A stretch of DNA of 64,000 nt from Lingula anatina (lineage: Eukaryota; Animalia; Brachiopoda). Shown in pieces: positions 13,781 through 27,200 of the stretch. The position numbers and the translations under genes were made by a program. The DNA is taken from the NCBI GenBank assembly GCA_051362555.1, contig CM120640.1:54786788-54850787 (forward strand), in the 5' to 3' direction. Position 1 is the first letter of the stretch; every line of letters begins with the position of its first letter. The notes under the pieces were generated by a model. It searched no databases. It saw nothing but the letters and a program-made list of their open reading frames with translations, and had not been told where the DNA came from.

Positions 13781-16274
13781 TTACCTAGGTGCTGCGACCT
13801 TTGGTTTCTTTTTCACTTTAGGTGGTCCTCTTTGTGCCTCTTGTGTCAGATGCTGATAGTCCAAAATCTGTCCTTCTAACTGTGCAAGTTCTTGTTCTAA
13901 TTTCTGGTTCAGCTGGTCTTGAGGTAGATCTAAAAAAATATCAAAAACATTTCTGAACAATCAGTTTCAGTGCATCATATAACATCAATCTGATAGGAGC
14001 AAAGCGCATCAAAGGTGAGGCTTCTGAAGCTATTTTGTTCACTTGCAAGAAAAAGAAAAAAAAACTTACTGGGTATGTTAATACATTTTCAATAAATATA
14101 TAAGATCAACTGCAACAAAAGTTTGTCCTCTGCAGGTATTGAACATTACAAAAAACATACCTCGCTCTGGGGATGCCTTATGTCCTGAGGGTGATGTTGA
14201 AGTCTTGTTGGTGTCTGCTTGTGAAACAGAAACAAAAATAATCAATTTCAAAGAGCAAAAAGCAAAGAGAACAAAAAAAGGAGTTAATCTTCAAGCTATC
14301 CATTACTTTACCTAGTAAACAATTATTTAATAAATACCTTTGCTTATCTTTTTCCCAACTTTTCTCCCATCATTTCTCAGATCTGGAGCCCCTTGCACTT
14401 CACTCTGTGATCCCCTTGGTGGAAGAGATTGTGGAGGAACAGATTGTGGAGGAACAGATGTTCCACTATGACTCATAACAGGGGGAGGACCTTGAGAGGG
14501 TCCTGGAACAGTCCCTAGTGGGGGGCCAGAATTCCAATAGCCAAAGGAATCATAGTTGTTTCTTTGGTAATCTTGATACTGCTGCCTAGGGATTTTATCA
14601 GCCCCTCTTTGACCATGATAGCCATAGTTATTTGGACTGCCACCCTGATGTGGATTCTGGACATTAGCAGGTTCCTGGTTTTGTTTTTGCTCCAACTGCT
14701 GCTGGAACTTGTCCGAGTATGAAGTAGGTGGTTTTGTCCGACTGGAAAAAAGCAGCAATAAAAGGGTTAAATATAGGTTAAAATGTATCTGTATAAAATG
14801 AGGAAAGGTGGCTAAGTGAACAGCCCTTTAAACTAGAGGATCAGAGAGGCGATACCGCCTCTGAATATTGTACCACCAGCTGGAGCAAGCGCATTCGTAT
14901 AGACCCCCACATACACAAAATAAGGGACACAGCCACCAGTCTTTTGCTTGACAAGCTGTAAAAATGCAATCAACAAAAATTTTCAAAATATGCAAAAAAA
15001 TATATCAAAAGTTCATCAAAAGGTAGGTGAAAGGTCAATTTCACAGTAAGATTGCCAGTATATGACTTCCTATTCAAGTCCAATAGTAACTATGGACCTA
15101 TCTCTGCCAGTTTTGGATATGAAAGGGAAGCAAAATATGCAAAGTTTAGTTCATGGTGAAAAGTAGTCAGGCGGCTCAGTCCAAATTTTATCCAGAATTG
15201 TGCAAAAGATGATAACAGTATGAAATTTTCCACGATGAATGACCATTGGGTGTTTGTCAACCCCCTGACCCAAAATAGATGAACACCCAATGGTTATTCA
15301 TCGGGGAAAGTTTCATGCTTTTATCATCTATTGCACAATTCTGGAAAAAATTTGGACTGAGCCACCTGACTATACCGTACTGCACATTTTGCTTTCACCA
15401 CCAATATGTACTTTTTGATAGCGTAACTCGAAAACCATTTGGAATACAAAAAAACGAAGACCACCTCCAGTGTTGGGCTTTACATGCTCTACAAAATGCA
15501 AAAAAGAATGGGTCTCTAGCATTAACGGTTCCCGAATTAGAGACAGTTTTCAGTTTCGGCATCTTATGGCCGTTACTCCAGTGAAAATGCACCAATTGAC
15601 CCCAAATTCACAGAGATGAAAGATGACCTGAAGGGTAACACTTTCCAACAATATTATTGGTTAAGTCTGTGTGGTGTCTGAATAACAGGGCAAAAATATT
15701 TTTTTTCATAAAAAATATTATTTTTTTGAAAATTTTGGCCCGTTTGACCTTGAAGTAAAGGTCAAAGGTCAAATCCAAGGGCATATTTGAAATCTACACA
15801 TATGACTTTTGGAAAGCCGTCTGTAGAAATTTTTCCCATAACCCCTTCCGTAGGGTAGATAATTAGCATTTAATTTTGCCATTTTTGGACAAGGGTGCAT
15901 AGCAATGAGTGCCACACCCAGACCCTAATACCGGCAAAGCCCAAATTTTACGTGGAACGAGCTGAGATTATAGGTGACCTAAATCCAAGAGATGGGTACG
16001 GGGGCCCTTACCGTCTAGGAGGAGAAGCGGTAACGGTAGCCGTCCGGCGGAGCCGGCGGAACGATCCGGACGAGACCGAAACCATGTGTACCGCCAGCGC
16101 TAACGCTGGTGGTACAATGACAATACATTTAGAGTACTGTAAGGGTTTATCATACAGATATGAAAAATAAGGTTTTTCCTGTGCTTACAGTATCCTTAAA
16201 TCTTATCTTTATCTACTCAAACTAATATTATTCTCATAAAACCATGTCCAAAACATCTGATTGACATCCCCCCC

Positions 16275-16307
<33 letters not shown>

Positions 16308-19300
16308 TACGCCTTTGGAGCAGGTGGTAGCCTATGTGGTGGCCTGTTTCCTGGGTGAGGAGGTGGCAGTGGATTGGGGTGTTGTCGCTGTGGTGGAGAA
16401 TACTGGTATCCATTGGGACCACCAGGTGGCACATCATATGGATTACCTCCGTGGTGGTTATTGTATGGTAAAGGGGGCAGGTCGTTTGGCTGAAATATGA
16501 TACCGTTTGGATCAGATATAACTAGATATGTTCTTGATACAGATTACTTAATGCATAACCTTAAATCAATCAAATTGGCTTAGACCAGTTATCCAACTCA
16601 ATTTAGATCATAAATGGTTTGCTCTTTAAATCTATGGTTCAGCACTTTTTTAAAGTTTAATTTTATTAATGAAGGACAAATGTGATTAAAGTGCATTGTT
16701 TAACTTTTTTATCATCAGCTGATAAAAGCTTTTTAGAAGTACTTTATTTCAAAAAGAATCAAACCATGAAAAAAGGAATAAGGGAGTAATGCACTTCCAA
16801 TTCACACCAAATACTTTTAAAAATCAATGTCAAAATTAAAGCACATGGAAATTTCATTTCAAATAAAAATACCAAGTCTTAATTATATCTTTTAAAAAGT
16901 ACGAGTTGTACTTGTTTTATGTGCCAACACTGTGAGTTCTCTTTACAGCATAAAATTGTATGCTTTAACTTACTGGTATAATTGGCTACAATGGTAAAAA
17001 ACACAAAGTTGACTAAAATCACATACTGTATAAATACTTCTCAAAAATGAGCACCATCTTCATGCAGACATACAACTAATTGGTTCAAAGTCTTTGAACA
17101 TATAATTTTGTATCTGCTTGTCCACAATTGCTACCATGTACTATACTTCTTCCCCCCCCCCCTTTTATTTGACTACTAATTAATATCAATATTAGGAATA
17201 AAGAAAGCATATTCCTACATATGAATACATAATCAAAATCTTCAATCCCAACTTACTGATGATCTCGACCTCCCATGTAACTGGTACCTGTCCCCCTGTG
17301 CTGGGGGTGGTGTGTACCAGGCATCCCTGGGGTCACGGCTCCGGGCACTGCTCTGAGAGCTGGGGGAATCATACCAGTATTGCTGCCGAGACTGAGTAAA
17401 AAGAAAGAGGGAAAGAAATAAAAATAAGCAGGAGCATAAAAAACTGAAGAATAAAGCAGAATCAAATACAAACATAGAAAATGGTAATGATAAAGTAAAT
17501 AAAAAAGCATAGTGCACTATAGTAGGAAATAACAAAGTTTTTTTATACTCCACCAAAAGATTTAGATAAGTTAAATAATTAAAATACACTAGATAATTAA
17601 TAAGAAAAACTCATCTTGCAAGATTCGCCTCAAAATATAATGCAGTTATAAATAATACAAGCTGCAAAAATACAATATATAAGTGTCGATCAAATTACAC
17701 TGCAATAAAATTTTTTTTCTTACCTGATAGTATGGTGGTGTTTGCAGAGGAGTGCTGTCATAGGAAGGAATCCAGTCATAGGTTGATCTCTGTGAATATC
17801 CAGATGACCTGGCACTGTACAGGGACGGGGATCTTGTCATTATTCTGAGAGAAACAAACAGACACAAATATCAAACACATGGAATACAGCATTGAATACA
17901 TGTTGTAAAATGGTTAACATGTAACTTAGACACTATAAAATTCGGTAAAGTGAAAAGCAGCATGCAATAAAAAATTATTGGGACCACAGAAAAATGAGTT
18001 ATTATATTTTTATTTTAACCAAAATACCATAAACGTTCTGTTTGAGGTGAAAGACACCAAATGCCTACCTGTCAAGCTGCTCCAGCTTCCTTAGTAGTTT
18101 TTCATTTTCTCTTGAGAGCATTTCATGTTCTCTCTCAATTTTATCTTTGCCTGAGTGGAGACCAGAGTTCTGTGACCTGATAAAAAATTAACACTTTATG
18201 ATTTGAAGGAAAATTCAAATTTACATGGAAAAGTGCAACAATGCAAATTGTCTAGCTTTGAAGAGAAATGTAATTTCATTGTAGGTGCTCACACCATTCA
18301 AACAAATTTTTATTATTTACCTAGCCTTCATAAAATGATCATAAGGCTTATAAAATAATGCAATAATTATCATTTAACATACCTGAGTGTTTCATTTTCT
18401 ATCATGTACTCTTGCAACATCTCATAAAGTCCATTGTCATTCAGTGCAGCACTGGTGTCACTGAGTATGGAGTCCTGTTTGGGCACTGCACCACTGGCAC
18501 CTGTAGGGTTTACTGCTGCCTCTTCGCGGTCTTTTTCAAGTTTCACTGGAAGTTTGAAACCAAATATTTAAAAAAAATTTGAGTATGTGCTTAAGAGACC
18601 AATTCTTGATTAAATAATTTCTTGTCTCAAAACAAAATTATCCAAAAACACCTGGAAAAATCACTACCCTGCAGGTGAAATGTTTTTAATATAAAACAAG
18701 TAATTTACAAGAATGAGAAAATCTACCAAATGTTTTACAGTTTGGGTAACAACAGATTACATGACAACAGAATAAAACTTCAATGACCTATTATACAGAT
18801 ACTGACACATTACATCACATGACAAGCTGAACTTTTCCAAAATGCTTTTTAGCACATCCAGTCAACACTAATAAAAATATATGTGCTTGAGGTTTTAAAA
18901 AATCTGTGATGCAACTGTCAAAGCATATTTTACAACATCTTAATGAGGTAAAAAATGTCCTCAAATCTTTTTATTGAACTAATGAATGCATGGGCAAAAT
19001 ACAAAGTTTCTCTTTATACCATTAAAACTACATTCTTGGGTGTGAAAAAAATTGGACTGAATACTATTATAGCATTACAAGAAAAGTAGTTCTTACTTTT
19101 AGTTGCTTGTCTCAGCAACTCCTTGAAACCTTCATCATTTCCTTTTGCTAATTTGCCCTTTGGTTTGTCGGGAAAATTTAGCTAGAAACATAAAACCGTA
19201 AGTAATTGCTAATGTACATTCAAGATCGTTTAAAATTGTTCAATGCTCCTATTTTGGAACAGACAATATGTAACTTTTGTGAGTTGTACTGTGCATCAAT

Positions 19301-22300
19301 TAAGCTGCTTTATTAACAGTACATACAATTTTAGCCAAAGAGTTGAATAAGCACAGAAGATTGGGTATAATTTTAATTTTTCCATACCTACAATGTAAAC
19401 ACTATGCCACAATGAAAGAAATACAGTGTGCCCATAATTTTTTTCCTGTTCTGTTCTCTTATTTGTTATGTGGATAGCTTCAACTTAGCAACCCACAAAG
19501 AATAAATATCAGGCAAAAAAAAAAGACATTTTTAATAAACCAACAACTTTGCCCTAGTCTCACCTGCTGTCTGAGATAATGGTTTTCCTGCCTGAGAACT
19601 TTCAGCTCCTTCTTTAAACTAATAAGCAAGCTCTCCCTAGGATCCTGAATAAGAATAAGTATCGGCTTAGAAAAGACCACAAAAAAGATTTTTAAATATT
19701 ACTTCTAGGTTATGTTGATATAACCTTTCACGTGAAAAGGCCTTTGCATGAGAGGTCCAAGTGACTATTCTTTGTTACAGACTTTATTTCCATAAAAAGA
19801 GGTAGTTGAAAAACTTGAGATACCGACAGCTGAAATTTCAATATTAATTTCAGGCTCTTGGGTCAAAGTTAGCAAACAGACCATGTCATGGTTACAGTCT
19901 GGTGAGTTTGGCTATGATGTCAGACTTACAATTTGTACAACGGGCTTGTTCCTAATCTTCTTGGCTCTGTTAGCATACCTCAAAGTATTCATAGTTTCCC
20001 CAACATTTGAAGCTGAAGGGGAAATACAGGCGATCTGAAAAAAAAAAAGTTAACAATACACATCCAACTATTCAACAATACAGTAATGATTAAAGTTTTT
20101 AAAAAAAGACATATAATTGAAAGACTGAAAGTTAAGAATTTTGGATAGTATTACATTTTTCCTTTTTCATTTACTGAACAACTTTTGGTGAGGTGGCGTA
20201 AATTGTAAAACATTTGAGCATACAGGAAAAGTTGGTTGTATCAAACTTCAGGAACACCAGTTTATGCTTAACTGAGGTTAAAAGAACCATTTATGTTTAA
20301 CTTAAATTCTCATAACCTTTCTTAGTACTGTATACATAATTCATGCAAGTAATCACCAAAGAGTTGAAGGTTATTCACTCATTTTTTATGATTTCTTTAG
20401 GAGATTTTACTGACAGGCATAATCTACTTCCATATAACAGTAGTTGAAAATCAACCTTCACATCTGGTAACCTTTGAAACTGTGCAAATTTCAAATAAAA
20501 ACTTCCTTTCAGTCCTTTTTAAAGTTCTTCTATGTGCTCTTTCACAAAAAAGAAAAAATATTCTGTGCCCTATTACAAATTTTTGGATCAATGTAATGGT
20601 AAATTGTTCAAATAATATACAAACAGTCAATTATACACTTAATAGTTTTGGGGATTAATCAAATTAATCAATTATAAATATCAGTTTATGCCCTGGGCTA
20701 TTTTCTAATTCCTGAATTCAAATTACTACAGTAGAATTTCTATTCAATCCAGATAAAGAGCACCAACTTTCAATACTTAGCCATATCATAATTTGCAAGC
20801 ACTTTTATGAATATTTATGACTTTTTGTGAAACCGATTACAACTTAACATATTTCTTTGAACTTAAAACATAATGTGACTGCTACATGTATTTGCAAAAA
20901 ACATGATCAATAGCTACAAACAAAAGATAAAATGGCTAAAGATTTTTAGCTAATAATTCAGGCCTCATGAGTGGTAATTGCCATTTGTAACTTGGAGCTG
21001 CAGATTTGTGATTGCAACTGTCTAATTAATGACTGACTGCAACTTTGTGGTCCGACTGTAAAAATTTTGCCAACCCAAGTACTATAAACTACAAACAATG
21101 CATTAGGCCAGCTTTTATCTAGGTCTCTTGCTGTTTACAAATTAATGACAGTGAATTAATACTGAAGAAGTGTGAACTCTATAATATTAGACACACATGG
21201 ACCTGAAAGGACAGGTGAGAGACTTGCAGTTTATAATGTAGTGCTCGCAGTAAGCATCCTTTTAATCAGACCATGAAATCGCAGTTTAAGTCATTAATTT
21301 GGCAATCACTATCATAAATCCATAGGTCCAAGTCACAAAAAGCAATTTCATGTGTTTGGGCCATAATCATGAATTTGATATTCATTGATGAAAACACGTC
21401 ATTTGATTAGCATAATTTTTCTAATATCTAATGAAATGATTTGGAATAAGTAAACTTTTTATTTAAATCATGTTTGAACAACGGACATTTATGTTTACAA
21501 TGAAAAATGAAAGATCAATTATATAATCTTACCATTAAAGCTACACCATTTCCCCCTAAACTGTCTGCCAGTAGCTTTGTCAGCTTGCTGTCCCTGTAGG
21601 GAATATGTCCCTGTCTCTTTTTAGCATCGCCCAAAGCAGATATACAGTTGCCTACAAAAAAGAGACAAAAACCATCCATCAAAACCTTGGTGAAATACTG
21701 TTCTCTGCATCTGGCATATTAACAAGTAAACTCTAAATATCTGGATCATTATTCCAACTTGCAGTGTGAAGAAGAAACAATGGGTTATCAAACTGAGATA
21801 ACAAATTGTCTGGCAGTGTTATATATTTATATTTAATGTATAGATTTGCAAAGAAAAAAATATCTACATATTTAAATTGAGATATCATCTGTTGACTGCA
21901 TACAGAACAGATGGACCATAATAACAATCATCAGAATGCAGGAGGCAAACAAAGTACAAACATACGAAAAGAAAAAAAATGTAATGATCAAATAACAAAG
22001 CAATGGGTTCCAACATGCAACTTTCTCTCTTACTGATTCTACTGGGACACTAAAAATATTTGGGTAGCATAAATTACACAATTGGGAGAATTGAGTCTCA
22101 TGAAAAGTAGCAATGAGCCAGAAGGTATGTAAATAATTTCTTTTTGTATGAGGTACAAAAAGAAAACTTGTATTTAATAAAAGGAATAATTTTTTTTCAG
22201 ACAATCTTTGGAAAAATTATGAATTATATATATTATTTCAATTTTTTCTGTGCAGTTTTTATGTCATAAGTGGGAAGAACTTGAAACACTTTCTACTTTG

Positions 22301-24165
22301 CCCAACCTAATGGAGTCTATTAATGATAACAAAGACTCACTTAACTCATTTTTGCCTTTAAGTATTTACGCCTAAAATCAATACCATGTGTAAACACAAC
22401 CAAGGTATGAGAACATGATGACTGCAAGTCATTAATCTCAAGAATCATGTCACTTTATGGATGTTAAGTGGAATGACATCTTAATACTTATTTAGGGCAC
22501 ACTACACTCAGACTGTTCACAAAATGAGCGTATCCTAGCACACCTCATTTTTATTAATTATTGAATTCCAATTATCCAAATCTTGACTGATGATTGACTG
22601 ACTTAACCAGACTTCAATAAGGGGTTACATAATTCAGTAGACCACCAGGAAGCTAATTCATCAAATAAAATGATATAATACTAATACCAACAAAGACAGA
22701 GTTCTTGGAAGTGAGAAATAATCTACAGTTGACTGAGCTAACTGCCATGAAGCAATGTAAAGTACACTGTTCATTTAATACTAAATGAGCCATACTTTTA
22801 AATCCACCTGCTCAGTCAATCTTTAATGAAAAGCTATATACCAGTGTGGTCGCTAAAAACAACATTTGTGTCTCAATAATCACGAGGTTTGATCTAAAGT
22901 AACAAATAATCTTACAGACTTACATGCTGACAAAAATTTCATTTAAATACAACTTAATAAGTCCAAAAATCAAACAGTTTCTTTCTAAGCATTACCATGC
23001 TGCATCACTGACCATTTTTTCAACCATAATAATTCACACACCCATGGAAGATAATCTTTTAAGTTTAATCTGTAAACTACTTGTCAAAAGCACATTTTTA
23101 AAAATAAATAGAAGTCAGTGTTTGCGGGGACCTTACTGGACAAAAACAGGGAAAGGACATTGTTGTACTGTATGGCGCCACTGTGTGATGTTTATGTTTA
23201 CCCTTCACTTTAAGGTGTTACTCACCTAGCACCAGGAGACTCTTGTTGATGTTGTTGCTTTCTATCAACTGTTCACCTGAGGAACCAGAATCTTTCACCT
23301 TTTCACTACCTGTAACACATATATATAAAGGCTTTTATTCTTTTAAAACAATTACATACGTTATATAGCACTTTTTTATGCTCTAAAGAAATAAATAGGA
23401 CATACATTTGCACTTTTTCTTTTCTCTATATTTATTCTGTACCCAAATTTTCTTGACCTTTACAGTAACTTTTTCGTTGATAAAAATATCAAACTTAAAT
23501 ATTTTTGTTTATCCCTTCTTAAGAGGCACAATTTTTATGTCCACTTAAACATCTAAAAACAGTCACACATTGTAATGTAATTTTTTCTCTTTATCCCAAA
23601 AAGCTTAAATGTTAAACTGGTTTTTACGGTAAGTTGTAATCCATATTCTTGGATGTAGGAATCAAGTATTCCAGTCATTATTCATATCGATCTAACTCAA
23701 TACAGAAAATTTGCACACACACACAAAAGTTTGGTGTCCAATTTCAATTGAATCATTTTTCTTTTTTAAAATTTGAAATATTAACCAAGTATATATCTAA
23801 ACCTATATGCACACAAAATACCAAAGTGTTCTAGAAAAAAAAAACCTAAATGTGGATATCCTGCAGAGCAAATAGTGCAGGTGTGTGCACAATTACACCT
23901 CATCTTTCTCAAATAGACATATCACGGTGTCATTCAATAGTATAACTTATACAAATGAAACCTTTTAAAACATGCTAGGTTTCAGACAGTAGAAATCAAT
24001 ATGTGTTCTATTTTGCAGAGGGTAATACTTCAAGAGCAACTGTTCATATATTCTAGAAATAGCTCATATGATATTTTAAGAACAACTTTCAGGTCCCTTG
24101 AGCGTATAAACAAAACCAACATTTTCAGAATTTAAGTAAGTATTATATATATATAACAACAGTTC

Positions 24166-24239
<74 letters not shown>

Positions 24240-27200
24240 GAACTGTTGACAATTTTGTTGTTTGTGTCAACTTTGTGAAATTCCTGTAAAATCATAGCAA
24301 CAGACATAGCATAATGCATTATCTACTAAAGGCATATATAGGCCTATCTAGGAAAAATATTGATTGTTTACCTGCTAAATCAACAAATGTCAACTTTCCA
24401 TGCTTAGTGATGTAAATATTCTCATCACCGTCTGGTACTTCACTGTCAATCATTAAGGAGAGCATGCTATGGCTACGACTGGAGGTTTCATTCAGATTGT
24501 GTGCACCTACTTGCCTGTTTCGAAGACCTAGAAATTGACAACAATATAGACTTAATTACAATTAATTTTGCAATGATAGTATGTATTTGTTTTATCTTAC
24601 TAAGGCAGTTTATAATCTTTTTAAAAATAAATCATGAATCTGCATACAAATGTGGCAACATAAAGTACATGTGATATACTGTTTTCAATTATATTTAACA
24701 ATGATCATTTTAAAAATAGTCTAATAAGAATAAAAACTCAAAAGTTGACTTTCCGAAAATGTCCATTAGATAAGCAAAAAATATCTATCAAAATTTAATT
24801 AACAAAAATGTTTCATATTTGTGATAAATATCATCAAATGTGAACACTGATTGCAGATATCAAACACAACAGCAAATACATGTGGTTTGTGCATGCAGTA
24901 GTGGGGTACATTAGGAATGTTCAAATAAAGGACAAAGTCTAAGTGCAAGCAATTTAAACAAAACGGAGTAATGAATTATGAGCAGCAACTTTTCACAATG
25001 ATAAAACATTTTCACAGTTCTAGCATTGTGTATGGGGCATAAGACATGGATTGAAAATGATATAAAGGCCCGTGAATAATTTTTATTCTTACCTCCTATA
25101 CCTAATTCAGACTCATCAACATCTAGTCTGAATGGTCCTATAAGATCCCCATCATCTGTCCTTAAACATAAAATATAAGTCTCACTTTCCTCCTCCACTT
25201 CCTCCTCCTCCTCATAAACCTCCTCATTGACATCATTATCAACACTCCCTGATCCAACGGTTCCTAAACCAGGGTACCCTTCTGGCAGTTTCATGTCAGT
25301 TGGAAAATCAGATTCTTTTTCTTTGTCTGAATTTTCCTCTGTTACATCCTTAGCTACAGTATTCTCAAGTATACTCCTCAAAGGACTAAAGTCTGCATCA
25401 CCGGCATCATAGGCATCTTGTCTCTCCAGTCGTCTGTACTGCTCACTCTTAAACCTCACATTTCTAAAGTTTTCCTTCTTGGCTTTATCTGTTCTGGTGG
25501 GGGGAGGATGGGTATCACTCCTTCTGTGTTTTAATATTGGTACACGAGGCCCTTTATCGTCTCCAGTGTGAAATTGTTCTGTGGCATTACTTGTTTCTTT
25601 GCTGGACTCTTTCAGTACATATAAGGTTCTCACTGGCCTCCCACTACTATCATCAACAGCACCTCCATTAGTTAAACTGGCATCTGACCCACTTTCATCC
25701 TTGTAAATATTCTGAGACTGCTTACTTTTGAAATCTTTTGGCAGTCGATTGAGTTTCTCCAAATAATGTCTGGCACTCAATTCCTCTAGTTCCTTGGAAA
25801 GCTGAGAGGTAACTTTGTTTGTGCCAACTTTATGGTTTATGGCAACTTTGTTTTCTCCGTCTCTATTATGTTGAACTAAATGAGTATTTTTTCCAGTGTC
25901 ATTCTCCTCCTCATGTTCCATGTCATCTCCATTCTGTACTGGATGCCTCTGCTGAGCTAGCTGGCTGGTGTGGAGTTTAGGGTGGGGGGCTGGGTTATTT
26001 TGAACCTGATCTACTCCTTTGTTCCTCACCTCTGCCCCTACTAAACTATTCTGCAGCTTTCCCCCACTGCTACTACTGACAACAGGATCTCCTGCTGTGT
26101 TGTTATTTTTGTGGATCCTGGTGTCAACTGCGTAATGCCCTCCTGGGCCTGTCATGTAAACACCTGGCGGCCTGACGTACTTCTCCAGCTGGTGCCCTTG
26201 GGACTGTTTGTTGTTGAGACGATTCAGAGTTCTTTTCTGCCTCTCTGAGGTAGGAGAAAGACTGCCTGACGGAGCAACAATGTATCTTTTATTCACTACA
26301 TTACCCTGCTTGCTGGCCTGGTTTGACAATGAGGCCACCACTGTAGAGCGTTTGTTTTGTTTGTGCTTCTCTGACTTTAATAAATGCTGATCAATAGCCC
26401 CATGATTACTGTGACTTGTCCAGCGTGGTCCCTCTCTTGTAACTTTATCTGTGCCAATATTTTCGCTTTTCCCCGATTCAGTAGTAGCAGTAGTCATGGA
26501 TTCCTTAGGGCCTCCTGCATTGTTAATCTGTTTTATTAATTGATCCTCATTCTGTACAAACACTTCAACAGTAACTGAGTGCCTATCTTTACTTAGATTG
26601 TGTGATTTAGTGCCCAAGGAACCCAGGTGCTTTTTATTACGGTCATTAGCCTTTTGGAGAACCATTTTTTTCACAGTCCCTGTTTTATCAGAAGTGCAGT
26701 TTTCTGAATTACTCTTATGCATCCCCGCATTCTGAAGCTTTTGGAGTAAAGTTTGGGAGAGTTTGGGCTGCTGAGGGGACTGCACAGAGGGGTTCCAGTG
26801 CACTGCTTTATTGATTTTTGCCATGGTGATCACTTCCATCTCTTTATTAGAGTTGATGCCAACTTCAGACTTTTTCATTTCTCCTCCCATTTTCCTGTTA
26901 ATCATACTACATAAATGTTTTTAAATGTACAGCTAACTTATATTTAGTATAACCTTATTTTCATTACCAGATTCTAAGAATTTCACTAATGACTCAATAA
27001 AAATTGTGACAAATGGTTTGTCAGATTTAACTTTGTACAGTACGTGTGCCATTGTACCTTGGCCTTTAACACTCATATTTGGTTAGTGAAAATCATTAAT
27101 TCAGTGTTTTATCCAACAAACAAAACAAAAACAAAATGTTGCAACAAAAAGATGCATGTACATATAGAAATAAAAATCTATACTCCATTACCTAAAGCCA

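Noticed and set aside
24911-25092. C-terminal 60 aa of the 664-aa ORF, and the ORF as a stand-alone intronless gene
   Set aside because: Composition switches to intron-like sequence right after a strong in-phase GTAAG donor, so this is most likely intron read-through. A nested gene is not fully excluded.
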